DNA of 64,000 nucleotides from the human T2T-CHM13v2.0 reference genome, Homo sapiens. Each line of letters begins with the position of its first letter. Position 1 is the stretch's first letter. Shown one piece after another: positions 42,083 through 53,869 of the stretch. Below the pieces are notes generated by a model, which searched no databases, was not told the DNA's origin, and worked only from the letters and a program-made list of their open reading frames with translations. The stretch is taken from assembly GCF_009914755.1 (NCBI RefSeq), contig NC_060932.1; one strand, 5' to 3'. The position numbers and the translations under genes were made by a program.

Positions 42083-42790
42083 ATGGGCTTGGCCTATCAC
42101 ATGCTGGTGATCAATTAGCAGCCTGATCTCTGCTTTGGCAAAGCAGGAGGATTCCAGGTTGTAAGATCTCTGCTTGCTCGGGTGAGTGTGGGTTACTGAA
42201 GATCTCAGATAAACAGCTGATGTCTGCAACAACCGAGACTCTTGCAGATGATGTCTACAACAGCTAGGCCTAGATACAGCGGCCCTAGTCCTTGGAGTAA
42301 GGTGGCTGTGTTACCTTTGTTACCAATACACTTTGTTAACCCTCATATGGAACCAAATGCTGATTGGGAAGCATTATTATTTATATTCTCATAGTGATAC
42401 TCTTTATTGAAGGATTATTCTATGCCAGGTGCTTTTCTTACATTATTTTTCTCATCTGCTCCTCTTGCAGACTTTTGAATTCAGTGGCACTTCTACATAA
42501 ATTAGTGCTTGACTAGTCATACATATGTATATTTGAAAACCGGTAGTACATTTTGTGTGAGAAAATGTTCATTTAGTGTACATGCCATGCCAGGTGGAAT
42601 ATGGCTTTAGGAACCCCTTCCACTACTCTCTAATGCTTTGGCAAACTTAGCCACAGGTCAGTAGAACATACTGATTGTGTTGGTTAACATATCAGTTTGG
42701 CTGCTGTAACATAAAGTCCTAAAATAATAATGGCTTAAATAATGCAGAAATTTAAATTTAATTATCTTTCCCATAATGGTTGGGTAGGTG

Positions 42791-43110
42791 GGCCAGGTAT
42801 GGTGGTTCACGCTTGTAATCCCAGCACTTTGGGAGGCTGGGAGGATCATTTGATGTCAGGAGTTCAAGACTAGCCTGGGTAAAACCCCGTCTCTACCAAA
42901 AAAACAAAACAAAACAAACAAACAAACAAAATACAAAAAAAATTAGCCGGACATGATGGCCCGTGCCTGTAGTACTAGTTACTTGGGGGGCTGAGGTGGG
43001 AGAATCACCTGAGCCTGGGAAGTCAAAGCTGCAGTGATCCATGATCATGTCACTGCACTCCAGCCTGGGCAACAGAGTGAGACCTGTCTCAAAAAAAAAA
43101 AAAAAAAAAA
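42791..43110 (+). mobile_element. Alu (J-type) with (AAAC)n-expanded linker, inside an old MLT1 LTR
   Basis: GGCCAGGTATGGTGG start, J-like right arm, poly(A) to 43110, degenerate TSD ggttgggtaggtg/gtttgggcaagtg. Confidence 0.93.
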
Positions 43111-43547
43111 GTTTGGGCAAGTGACCCAGGGCTCATACAGTGACTCTATAGTAATCAGCATTCAAGCTTCTTCTGTCTCATTGTTCTAGAATTCTCAATA
43201 TGTAACTTATATCTCATGATCAGAGATGGTTGCTTCAGTTCCATCTATCATATTCTCATTCCATCTAATGCGCATGGGGAAAGAGGAAGTTGCACATAAT
43301 ATTTCCCCTCATATCCCATGAATGAGAACTTAGTCCCATGATCAAATTGCAAAGGACTCTGGGAAATGTATATTTTAGCTGAGTGTTCTGCTTAGGTAAA
43401 AATTCTGCAATTCTAAAAGAAGGGGTGAATGGATATTGAAGGGCAACTCATGTCTGCCATAGAGGTCAAGATATGAACTTGGAGGCCTATAAACATGAAC
43501 TGAAACCCCAGCGCCATAGCTTCCTAGCTGTGTGACCTAGCAAAAGT

Positions 43548-44060
43548 ATATCAGTTATCTATTGCTGTGTCACAAATAATCCCAAAACTTACTGGCTAAA
43601 AAGAACAAGTGCTTATTATCTCACTGTTTCTACAAGTCAGGAATTTGGGGGGCAGCGTAGCTGGGTGATTCTGGCTCAGCGTCTCTCATGGAATGAACTG
43701 TAATCATGACATTGGCTGGGGCTATAGTCACCAAAAAGCTTGACCATGGATTCCAAGAAGGCTCATCCACATGGCTGTTAGCAAAAGGCCTCAGTTCCTT
43801 ACCATGTTGACGTCTCCATAGGGCTGCATGGCTGTCCTCATGACATGGCAGCTGCCATCCCCACACTGAGAGATCCAGCAGAGAGAGCAAAGGTGAAGCC
43901 CAGCACCTCCTATGAGTCCGTCTTTAACACCATCACTTCTGCTGTATTCTATCCATTACAGTCACCATGGGCAGCCCACACTCAAATGGAGGAGAATTAG
44001 CCCCACCTTTTGAGAAAGGAGGATCAAAGAATTTGTGGACATATTTGAAAACCAGCAGAG
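43548..44060 (-). mobile_element. MLT1F-like MaLR LTR
   Basis: tatatcagttatctattgctgtgtcacaaataatcccaaaactt...ggcctcagttcctt...aagaatttgtggacatattt. Confidence 0.75.
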
Positions 44061-44854
44061 CAAGTTAGTCATTTTTGCTAGCTGAAGTGCAATTTCTCCA
44101 TCTATAAAATACCAGTAACACTCGAGTCATAGGGCTGGGGAAGGGTTTATAAGAGAAAATGAATGCAAAGGAGCAGATACATACTAATTACTCAGTAAGT
44201 GCTAGCTAACATTGTTCCCCAGTTTTCCCAGATAGGCCTGGTTTCACTCTCCCACCACCCACAATGGCCTGTGCAGACACAGAGCAGCACACCTGCAGCA
44301 CTCATTGCCAAGATATCATCAGAGAGATGTGTTCGTCAAGATCACTCATAACTGTAAACATAGGAAATGAATTCAAGAGCAGTGCTGCAAAGAGTGGGGA
44401 TGAGCATGTCGGTTCCCAGCTAGGGCAGCACAGCCATGTGGGGCAGCATAAACACAGCTCATAGCACACTCCACGTGCCAACTTTGAAATTATGTGATTC
44501 ATATATGGTGGGGCTGGAGTGGGAAATTTGAAATACTTCAGATTTTGCACACTGAGAATGTTTTCTCATTTTACATTGCATGACATCAAAATCACAGGGT
44601 TTGGATTCACTCGGAATGTGATGACCTTGTAGGTATTCATGTATCTGTTTCTGCCGCTACATGAATTGTTTGAGGACAGAGATCAGGACCCTCAATAAGC
44701 CAGTTCATCTTTGAATCCTCAGTTTTCTTCATCTGTCAATGGGGATGATCTCATTCACTCACACAGCTGCTGTGATGATTAAATGATCTAATGCGATAAA
44801 GTGCTTGACAGAAATCTGTTCTAACTGAGCACTCATTAAATGGCAACTACTATT

Positions 44855-45333
44855 TCTTTTTAACTTTTATTTTAATTTCAGGAGTACAAGTGTGGTTTGT
44901 CACATAGGTAAAGTTGTGTCATGGGGGTTGTTGTACAGATTATTTCATCACCCAGGTATTAAGTCCATTACCCATTAGTTATTTTTCCTGATCCCCTCCC
45001 TCCTCCCATCCTCCACCCTCCAAAAGGCCCCAGTGTGTGTTGTTCTCTATGTGTCCATGTGTTCTCATCATTTAGCTCCCACTCATAAGTGAGGATATGT
45101 GGTATTTGGTTTTCTGTTCCTATGATAGTTTACTAAGGATAATGGCCTCCAGGTCCATTGATGTCCCTGCAAAGGACATGAACTTGTTCTTTTTCAGGGC
45201 TGCATAGTATTCCATAGTGGATATGTACCACATTTTCTTTACCCAGTCTATCATTGATGGGCATTTAGGTTGATTCCATGTCTTTGCTCTTATGAATAGT
45301 GCTGCAATAAACATACCCACGCATGTGTCTTTA
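44855..45333 (-). mobile_element. L1PA/PB 3' end (5'-truncated)
   Basis: Minus-strand ORF 45120-45347 resembles the L1 ORF2 C-terminus (MFIAALF..AKTWNQPKCPSMIDW.KKMWYI.TMEYYAA.KK), followed by L1P 3'UTR and A tail. Confidence 0.92.
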
Positions 45334-47269
45334 CTGGTGGTAATCACAGAAAGTCTTTCCTCAAGGGCTCAGTGGAGACAAAGTCCAGGAGGCCTGAGGT
45401 AGGGGGAAGTCAAGGGTAAGGGGAAAAAGTGGGAAGTAGACCAAATAGAGGAACCCTTCAAATAAGGACTCAAAAACTGGTATCCATGAGAAGTCAAGGC
45501 TCCCACAGGTCAAGGGTCTAAGCCAGGTTAGCTTCCAGAGCAGGAGCTGACAGGGCCCATGGGAAACAACCAGAAATGGTGGCTGGGCCTGCCTTGGGCT
45601 GGGGACCACTCATCTTCCAGCTGCTGTGGCCAGACACAGAGCTGGGCGTCCAGGTCTTGATGTAGCCAAGAAGCCAGGGACTACCAGCAGCCCTGAACCC
45701 CTCTTCTGTAAGCAGCCGCCCAGGCTTTCTTAAGCTGTAGATTTCCAGGACCTGGCACTTTCCTGCCATCTTCTTTGGCATGTCTGCAGGCTCTGCAGAC
45801 CCTGCAGACCCCGCATGTTCAAATGGGTCTCCTCCCCAACTGGCCAACTGGCTTCCCGTCATGTTCTTTTCCTTGGCCTGCCTCTGGACCAGCCGTCTCC
45901 CCCATCCTGCCTTCTCCCCATGTTTCTGGCCCACCTGTCTGTGCCTCATCTCCTGTCACTTTTCTTCTCCCTCCCTTGGCTGACATGGCTGGCGATGGCC
46001 TCTCCTGCTGCTGACCCGTCCTCTGCAGGGCCCTGCTAATGGCAGCTTGGAGCACTCCCACCCCTGCTCCAAGACCTTCTGTGACTTTTTCTGACACACA
46101 GCTGGAAAAAACCCAGCAAACCAGGAGGAGGAAGTAGTTTACCTCCCAAAACACTCAGCATGAATTAATCCCCCAGCCCAGGAAACCCAAAACTCACCCT
46201 CGAAATTCCCCTTCCTTCCTGACAGTCCCTCTCTCTCCTCCCCAGGTCTTCGTCACACTCGGAATCTCTCCAATATACCTCATCACCACTTTTCTGCTAA
46301 ATGGCTATTTGTGTACCTATTGATTTAACTCCACTCGACTGTAGCTTAAAGACTTTTTCTTATCCAACTACATAAACATGATAAGTATCAGGGCCAATAC
46401 TCAGAATATTAAGCCCCCTGCAGGAGCATCCTGACTGAAGAGAAGGCCTAGCTGTTGGATTAACAGAAGTAAAAGAGATAAAGAAGAATCAGATGGAGAT
46501 TTTAGAATGAAAAACTATAAAAACTTACATAAAAACCCCATCCACCAATGGGCTCAACAGCAGAAGTGGAATATAATCCTAACTTCAGGATTAATCTCCT
46601 TTGTCTCCTGCAGTATAACAATGGCTCCTGAAAATCTGGGAACTGGGAATAACCATCTCTGTACCGTGGGGGGCTAACCCCAGGAGTGGCTCAGTGGAGA
46701 GGCTTGCTTAAGTGTTAGTGGAGTTTGATTTTGGCTGTGAGGCCACTAACGGGTAGATGAAGCCTCTAGAGAAGTTGAAATCTCCTTCTCCTGGGTTAAT
46801 GCAAGGGCAACATATACTCACCTCCCTGGATAAAGCTATGGCTTCCAATTTAATTCAGCTTGCCCAACGCACCACTGGAAAGTTTCATCCTTCAGTGGTC
46901 CTTCTTCCAGGAGATCTCAGCCTGCAGGGAATAGTTTCAAAGTTTCTAGCCTACAGTGTTGACAGGGTCATCGAAAAGCATCACACCTGGCCCATTTTTC
47001 CTCCAGGGAAACTGAGGCACAGAGGAAAAGGGACTTAGCTAAGGATCTATTTGAGTGAGCCTGTAAAAGAATTAGAATGAAACCTAGGCCTTCCACTTTA
47101 CAGTTTTTTCCCACCAACTCCCAGGAGTCCTTATATTTCAAATCATGATTCTTAGTTCCTGGGAGCTGAGCCTGGGCTTGGTAGAAAGGCCAAGGTAGGG
47201 AAAGAAGCTGTTTTGCTCTCCATTAGTTCAAAAATTATTTACTAAAAACCATATTGTCATTAGAATTTG

Positions 47270-47790
47270 TAATGTTTGCCATTGCTGTGTAACAAACCAC
47301 TCCAAAACTCAGTGGCTTGAAACCGTAAAGTATTTATTATTGCTCACAAGTCTATGGGTCCTTCAGTGGGTGGTTGTGGTCATCTAGTCAGGATTGGCAG
47401 ATCTTGGCTGGGTTTTGTGCCAGATCAGCTGGTAGTGGCTGGCATGAAAGTGCCTCACTCATGTCCTGCAGTTGGCTTGCTGTGGGCTGTGGTGACAAAG
47501 GTGTCTGGGTCATATATCTCTCACCCTCCAGTAGGCTAGTCCAAGCTTGTTTACATGGTAGAGAAAAGTTTCCAAGAGAAGATGAAATGATTCAAAGCTT
47601 CTGAGCCCTAGGTTTCAAGCTCCACATCACTTCTACCACATTCTTTTGCCATAGCAAGGTCCAAGGCTGGCCATGATTCTAGGAGAGGGGAAATAGCTTC
47701 TACCTCTTGATGGACACAACAACAAAATCCCAGTGCCAAAAGGCATGGATGCAGGAGGGCTGGACAATTGTAGTCACTTTTATAGTTTAC
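47270..47790 (-). mobile_element. Older MLT1-type MaLR LTR
   Basis: attgctgtgtaacaaaccactccaaaactcagtggcttgaaac...tttattattgctcac. Confidence 0.7.
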
Positions 47791-48497
47791 CATGAGGCTG
47801 TTCAAAAATTTTGATTCTATTTCTGTCTGGCTCTTTAGGGCTGTGTGAGCTGCTTTGGTCAATAAATTAGAGTGAATGAAATACGGCACTTCTGGGTGAA
47901 AACTTAAAAATCCAATGTGTGATTCTCTTCTTTTCCTTCCTTCTACTGTGGATAGCAGAGGATCACAACAGGGGCCTCCATGACCCCAAGTCCATAAATG
48001 ACTGGGATGATCAAATTCCATCCCCTAGGCCCTCTGTCACCCACGTTGCACATGTAGCATGAGCGAGAGCTACAACCTTTGTTGCTTGAAGTCCCTGAGA
48101 TCTGGGACTATTTATTACTGCATCATAACTTGTTATATCCTGACAGATACAAGCCCCTACTATGTGCCAGAGACTATCCACTGGGCATAAATCAGTGAAC
48201 AGGAAAGGCACAATCCTTGCCCTTGGTCAGCTCACAGTCTTTTGAGAACAAAATACAAAACAAGTGAACAAATAAATGTATACTTATAAGCATGTAAATT
48301 ATGATCTGTACTGTGAAGGAAAAGAATTGGAGTGAAAAAGAAATGAGGAATGAGAGGGATTGTGAAAGAAGGGAATCAATGCAGATCACGTGGTTAAAGG
48401 CAAGCCTCTCTGGAAAGGAAGCCTGGAAGCCAAGACATGGAGGGTGGAAGGAAGACAGCTGAGGCAGCCTGGGAGCAAAAGCAAAGCATCCTGGGGT

Positions 48498-49395
48498 CGA
48501 ACAGTGGATGAGAAGGCAGAACAGAGTGTGAGAAAGCAGAATAGTGTGTGAGAAGGTGGAATAGATTGTGAAAAGGTGGAACAGTGTGTGAGAAGGCAAA
48601 ACAGTGTGTGAGAAGTCTGGAACAGCATGTGAGAAAGTGGAACAGTGTGTGAGAAGGCTGGAATAGAGTGTCAGAAGGCAGAACAGAGTTTAAGAAGGCG
48701 AAACAGAGTGTGAGAAGGCAGAACAGTGTGTGAGAAGGTGAATCAGAGTGTGAGAAGGCTGGAACATGTGTGAGAAGGCTGGAACATGTGTGAGAAGGCT
48801 GGAACATGTGTGAGAAGGCAGAACAATTTGTGAGAAGATGAAACAGTGTGTGAGAAGGCTGGAACAGTGTGCGAGAAGGCGGAACAGTGTGCGAGAAGGC
48901 GGAACAGTGTGTGAGAAGGCAGAACAGTGTGTGAGGAGGCTGGAACAGTGTGTGAGAGGGAGGAACAGTGTGTGAGAAGGCAAAACAGTATGTGAGAAGG
49001 CGGAACAGAGTGTGAGAGGGTGGAACAGTGTATGAGAAGGCAGAACAGTTTGTGAGAGGATGGAACAGTGTATGGGAAGGTGGAACAGTGTGTGAGAAGG
49101 CAGAACAGTGTGTGAGAGGGAGGAACTGTGTGGGAAGGCAAAACAGTGTGTGAGAAGGCAGAACAGAGGGTGAGAGGGTGGAACAGTGTGTGAGAAGGCT
49201 GGAACAGTGTGTGAGAAGGCAGAACAGAGTGTGAGAGGGTGGAACAGTGTGTGAGAAGGGTGAAACAGTGTGTGAGAAGGCAGAACAGAGTGTGAGAAGG
49301 TGGAACAGTGTATGAGAAAGTGACACTGTGTGTGAGAGGGCAGACTAGAGTGTGAGAAGGTAGAACAGTGTGTGAGAGGGCAGAACAGAGTATAA
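48498..49395. repeat. Minisatellite/VNTR, ~20-22-bp unit GAACAGTGTGTGAGAAGGC(A/TG), embedded in an L2
   Basis: Roughly 40 tandem imperfect copies; L2-like sequence on both flanks. Confidence 0.95.
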
Positions 49396-50334
49396 GAGGG
49401 CCAGAGAAGGAAGCGCTGGCTCACTGCAGAAGTAAAAGGAGGCCACATAGCAGGGAGAAGTGAAAGGGGAGGGTTCCCCAGGATGAGGATGGTGTGAGGA
49501 GGGGGCCAGGCCACAGGGCCTCAGAGCCTGTGGAGAGGGCTTGGGCTTATTTGAGGCACCTGGGCCCCCCCAGTGCTCAGGGATGTGAAATGGAGTCCTC
49601 TGGGAAGCTTCCCATTTCCTGCTGGGCTGGGGGCGGTGCAGCAAGCTGCTCACATCCCTTGTTCTTGGGCATAAGCTCCAGAGATGTCAAGGCTCATGCC
49701 AGGCCTCACGGCTGCCTCAGAGAAAGGGAAGCGTGACTTCCCCACGGTAATTTTGACACAGTACAATAAACACTCCTCTCTTCCTGCTTGGCTGAGGCCC
49801 TGGTCAGGTGGACGCTGGCCATAGGCACCTCTCCGGGCTCTAGCCCCACTCTGGATCCTGCAGAGACCCAAGTAGGGGCAGCTGGTGACCAGAAAGCTGC
49901 CTGCAGTTGCTCACCCCTGCCAGGCTCCAGCAGGGCAGGAGACATAGGCCCAGGGCTGGCTGGAGTGACTCAGATGTCCTCATAAGACACCAAGGCCAGG
50001 CCAGGCCAGACTCTGGGATCCTCAGTGGTGTCCCAGCTAGGGTTTCAGTCCTCCCTCCCACAAGCCTGCAGGAAAAATAGTGTGTTGTATGGTGCCCATG
50101 AAGACCAGAGGCCAGCAAGGCTCAGGGCCTGGGATGGGGCTGTGCAAACACACTCTTCTCCTCTATTCTCTCAGACTGTGTTTCTGTCCCCTGTGACAGC
50201 TACTGATGGGTGACAATGTCCAGGCTTGTGGTTGAGTGTTTTGCTTGACAGTGGGTGGATGGGGGCAGGGAGAGGTGGGGGAAGCACAGACGGGGCTTCA
50301 GCTGGGCCTCCCTTTGTGTTCCACCCTTCTCAGT

Positions 50335-50905
50335 CTACACACCCGCACCACACACACACACACCACACCACATATCACACCACACACATACCACACACAG
50401 ATCACACACCACATACATCACACTATACACACCACACACACACCACACCACACACGCACATCACACACTACACACATATATCCACACACCACACACATGC
50501 CACACACAAATAGTCACACAACACACTACACACAACATACCACACCACACACACATACACACACATATATCACACACCACACATAAATACCCACATGCCA
50601 TACCACACACACCACACACACACCCCACACTTATACCATACACCACACACACACCCCACACATATGCTCACATAGTACACACCCCACACACACACCACAC
50701 ACATATACCCACACACACCATGCACACATTACACACATATACACACACACCACGCACACACCACACACACCACACACATATACCCTCCCACACACACCAC
50801 ACACCACCCCCCCACATAAATACCCCCACACACACTGCACACACCATACACATACACCCACACACACCACACACACATACCACACTGCACACACAGCCCA
50901 CCCAC
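50335..50905. repeat. Degenerate CA-rich simple repeat
   Basis: ~570 bp of CACAC/CATAC variants. Confidence 0.95.
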
Positions 50906-51088
50906 TCTAATCTCTGCCTCCATCTCTATGTGCCATTCCCCTCTTTGTGCCTCAAATCTCCCTCTCCTTTCATCTATAAGTAGATCTGACTTTGGATTTA
51001 GAGCCCACCCTTAAATCCAGGACCATCTCATCATGAGATCCTTCATTACATCTACAAAGATACTTTTTCCAAATAAAGGTTTTTCCAG

Positions 51089-51170
51089 TGAGGTTCCAGG
51101 CAGCTGTATCTTTCCATATGACGTTCCAGGCAGCTATATCTTTCCATATGAGGTTCCAGGCAGCTATATT
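51089..51170. repeat. 30-bp tandem repeat, ~2.7 copies, at the edge of an MLT1 fragment
   Basis: TGAGGTTCCAGGCAGCTRTATCTTTCCATA at 51089, 51119, 51149. Confidence 0.9.
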
Positions 51171-53641
51171 TTTGACCCACAGGGTCAATGGGTTTCACCA
51201 GACTCCTAAAGGAAGTCTTGGAGCTTGAGCCCTATGACTTTTCTCACTTGGCGACTCTGCCCAAACACATCACAGGTCACAGCAGTAATGAGAGCAGAAT
51301 GGTGCCTCCTGCGCTGGGCCCCGCGAGCCACCATGCAGAAGGGACTGGAAGGGCAGGGACTGCAGGAGCTTCCTGCGTTCTCTCTTGCCTCCTCCCCTTG
51401 GGTAATGGGGTCCTCTAATATGAGCATGGTGTAGTTGCAGCTCGCCCAAGTGCCCCATGAACAGGTGAGGAAACTGAGGCCTGGGTCACATGAGGAGGCT
51501 AGGGACTGGGACTCTGGATTTTTGTATTACCTGGAGTAGGACCCAGAGGTGAGAAAGTAGTTTGATAAACTGAAAGAAGTTATTGTGGCAGACGTGACAT
51601 GGACCCTGGGTGAGGCTGACAGGTGGGCTGGGTGGGCTGGGGGAGACCTTCCTATACCCACTGGAACAGCAGGAGCCCCTGATCCAGGATTCACTTCTAT
51701 CTGGTGACCTGTCCCATAGAGGGGCAGACCCTACCTATCTTCCCAGATCAAAACATGCTTTTGAGGGAGACACAATGAACTCCTTCATGCTAAGGCACAA
51801 AGGGTCATGGGGACAATCAGAGTTGACCTCTTCAGAGGTGCAGGCTTTTTCAGACCAGGACTCTGAGAAGACTCCACTTACAGGACAATCTCCTGAACCC
51901 TCTCCCATCCCCTCTCTCCAATGCGTAAGGATGCTGGATTCAGAGAAGGGATACGACTTGCCAAAGTCGCACAGTGAGTTAGTAGCAGAGTCAAGACCCA
52001 AGCCACGAGACTCCTACAGGTATCCTGCGCTGTTTCTAGCCAACAGCCCCTGCACGCAGTTCTCCCAGTCCAAAAGCTCTCATTCTACAAACGAGCAAGC
52101 TGGGGCTGCCGGCTCAACATTGCTTTGTTGGTTTGGGAACAAAACAATAAAAACAATGTGTTGTGTAGACTCTTGTTTTGCTCACAAGCTGAGATCTCTT
52201 GGGGCAGAGTTCTTTCTGGGCCCCTCTGAGTCATTAAACTTCAGGCCATCGCAAGCCAGAGAAAAGAGATGTTTTCTGGGTCTGGAGTAGAATGAGGGTG
52301 TCTTCCTCCAGCCCCCCAGATCCAGTCCTTGGTTCATGCTCCTTGATCCCAAGGCCACTTCTGTTCTGAGAGTCATTTCAGGAGGCAGGCTATGCGGGCT
52401 CTGAGGTCTGGAAGAATCAACTTTGTGTCCTGGGATCCCCTCTTCCCTGCTGTGTGACCTCAGGTGGGTTGCTTAACTTCTCTGCAGTCTCTGGTACTCC
52501 CAGCTCAGGGATGCACTGAAGAGAAGACACACCCTGCCTGGAGTCAGGAGCAGCACAGTCCTCCATGCAAGCCAGTTTCCTCCATTCCACTTCAAACTCA
52601 AGGCGGTCCTTTCCTAGTGGTACAAACAGGAACTGAGCAGGCTGGAATGGCTGTTTGAAAGAACTTTCTGGCCAAGAGGGTGTGTCTACACAACTTGGTT
52701 CTCTGCCCCCAGGGATCTGGGAAAAGTTCCAGGCCTGAGCAAGTTTATCAAATTCCTTTCTTTACCCACCCAGCCTTGAATTTCATGGAAAACAAAATAG
52801 AGAAGAAAAAAACAAAGTAGCCTAACATTTGCTTTAGTTAGTGCATGGATTTTAAAGTCTCTCGAAGCTGGGTTTCTGCACTTCGCTGTCTCCTTACTGG
52901 GTCTCCTGGGTAAGATATTTCAGTCCCTCTGAGCTCAGTTTCCCCATTTCCTGCACGTAAAATGGGTTCAGTGATGAAGCTCCTGCTCTGTGTTAAAGGG
53001 CGAGTGAGCCATGCCCGAGAGCGTGCAGCACAGCTCTTGGTATGACGTCAGTGGTCACGGTATGACAGAACTGGTTGTTGTTGCCGTGGACAGCCTTTTT
53101 CACACTCTGCCACAGTGTCTCCTGCAACAGTTCTTGGCTCTAGCCCTATTTCTGTGTTCATCCAGAAAGTTCTCTTTCTTCTCCACACGATTGCTCAGCT
53201 GCTCACTTGCTGGTCTCTCTGGGCCACAACTTTCTCCCCTGAACAAGCAGAGGCTTAGTGACCTCTGAGGGGTTGTTCAGCTGTGACATCCTCAGAGCCA
53301 GCGTGGCCTTTGCATATTTTCAGAAAGCTATAACGTCCTTCTCCTCATACGTTAACCTCCTCTTCTCCAACCCAAATGGAGGCAGCGCATGTTTTGGCTC
53401 TTCAGTATCCATTCCCCCTAGAGTCTGACAAGAATTTTGTTTAGAGGGTCCGGGCATTGAGCTCTGCTCAGTGCATGCAGCCACACAATATGCTTTTGGA
53501 CGTGGCTTCCTAGAGGGGATGTTATCTCCCACCTCCTTGAAGGCGCCCATTTCTGGGGTTGCCCCATCCAGGGAGCTGGTTCCTAGTTAAGAATATGAGA
53601 ATGTATGCAAAGGGAGGCAGGCAACAGCACGAACAGCCACG

Positions 53642-53656
53642 CTTCTAGAAGATTCT
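53642..53656. promoter_or_regulatory. Heat-shock element (three perfect inverted nGAAn units)
   Basis: cTTCtaGAAgaTTCt fits the canonical HSF1 consensus nTTCnnGAAnnTTCn; lies inside the retrocopy TSD. Confidence 0.7.
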
Positions 53657-53869
53657 AGGGAGCGCACAGGAGCAGCGCAGAGGGAGTAGGAATGAGCAGG
53701 CGGAGGACTCGGGGTCACGAGACCGTTGGGTGGGAGGAGCCAGCAGCCAGGGAGGTTCTAGTCTGTTCTGCCTCGCGGCAGCCGCCCTCTTCTGCGTGGT
53801 CATGCCAAGCCAGCACCTGGGCCTGGAACCGGGCCGCAGCCCCCCAGCTTCGCCCACCGCCTCCCTACC

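Noticed and set aside
42083-42370. Possible old LTR-like segment after the poly(C)
   Set aside because: I could not identify termini, TSD or family with any confidence.
48498-49395. CRISPR-like appearance of regularly spaced repeats
   Set aside because: Units are directly tandem with no unique spacers, there are no cas genes, and the DNA is mammalian.
48394-49514. Long minus-strand ORFs (310 aa and 274 aa)
   Set aside because: Translations of the stop-poor minisatellite (SHT/LTH repeats); no coding signature.
50236-50983. His/Thr-rich and Cys/Val-rich ORFs
   Set aside because: Artefacts of the CA/TG simple repeat.
51610-52290. 226-aa plus-strand ORF
   Set aside because: Non-ATG start, no recognisable domain, overlaps MIR-like sequence; plausible by chance in GC-rich DNA.
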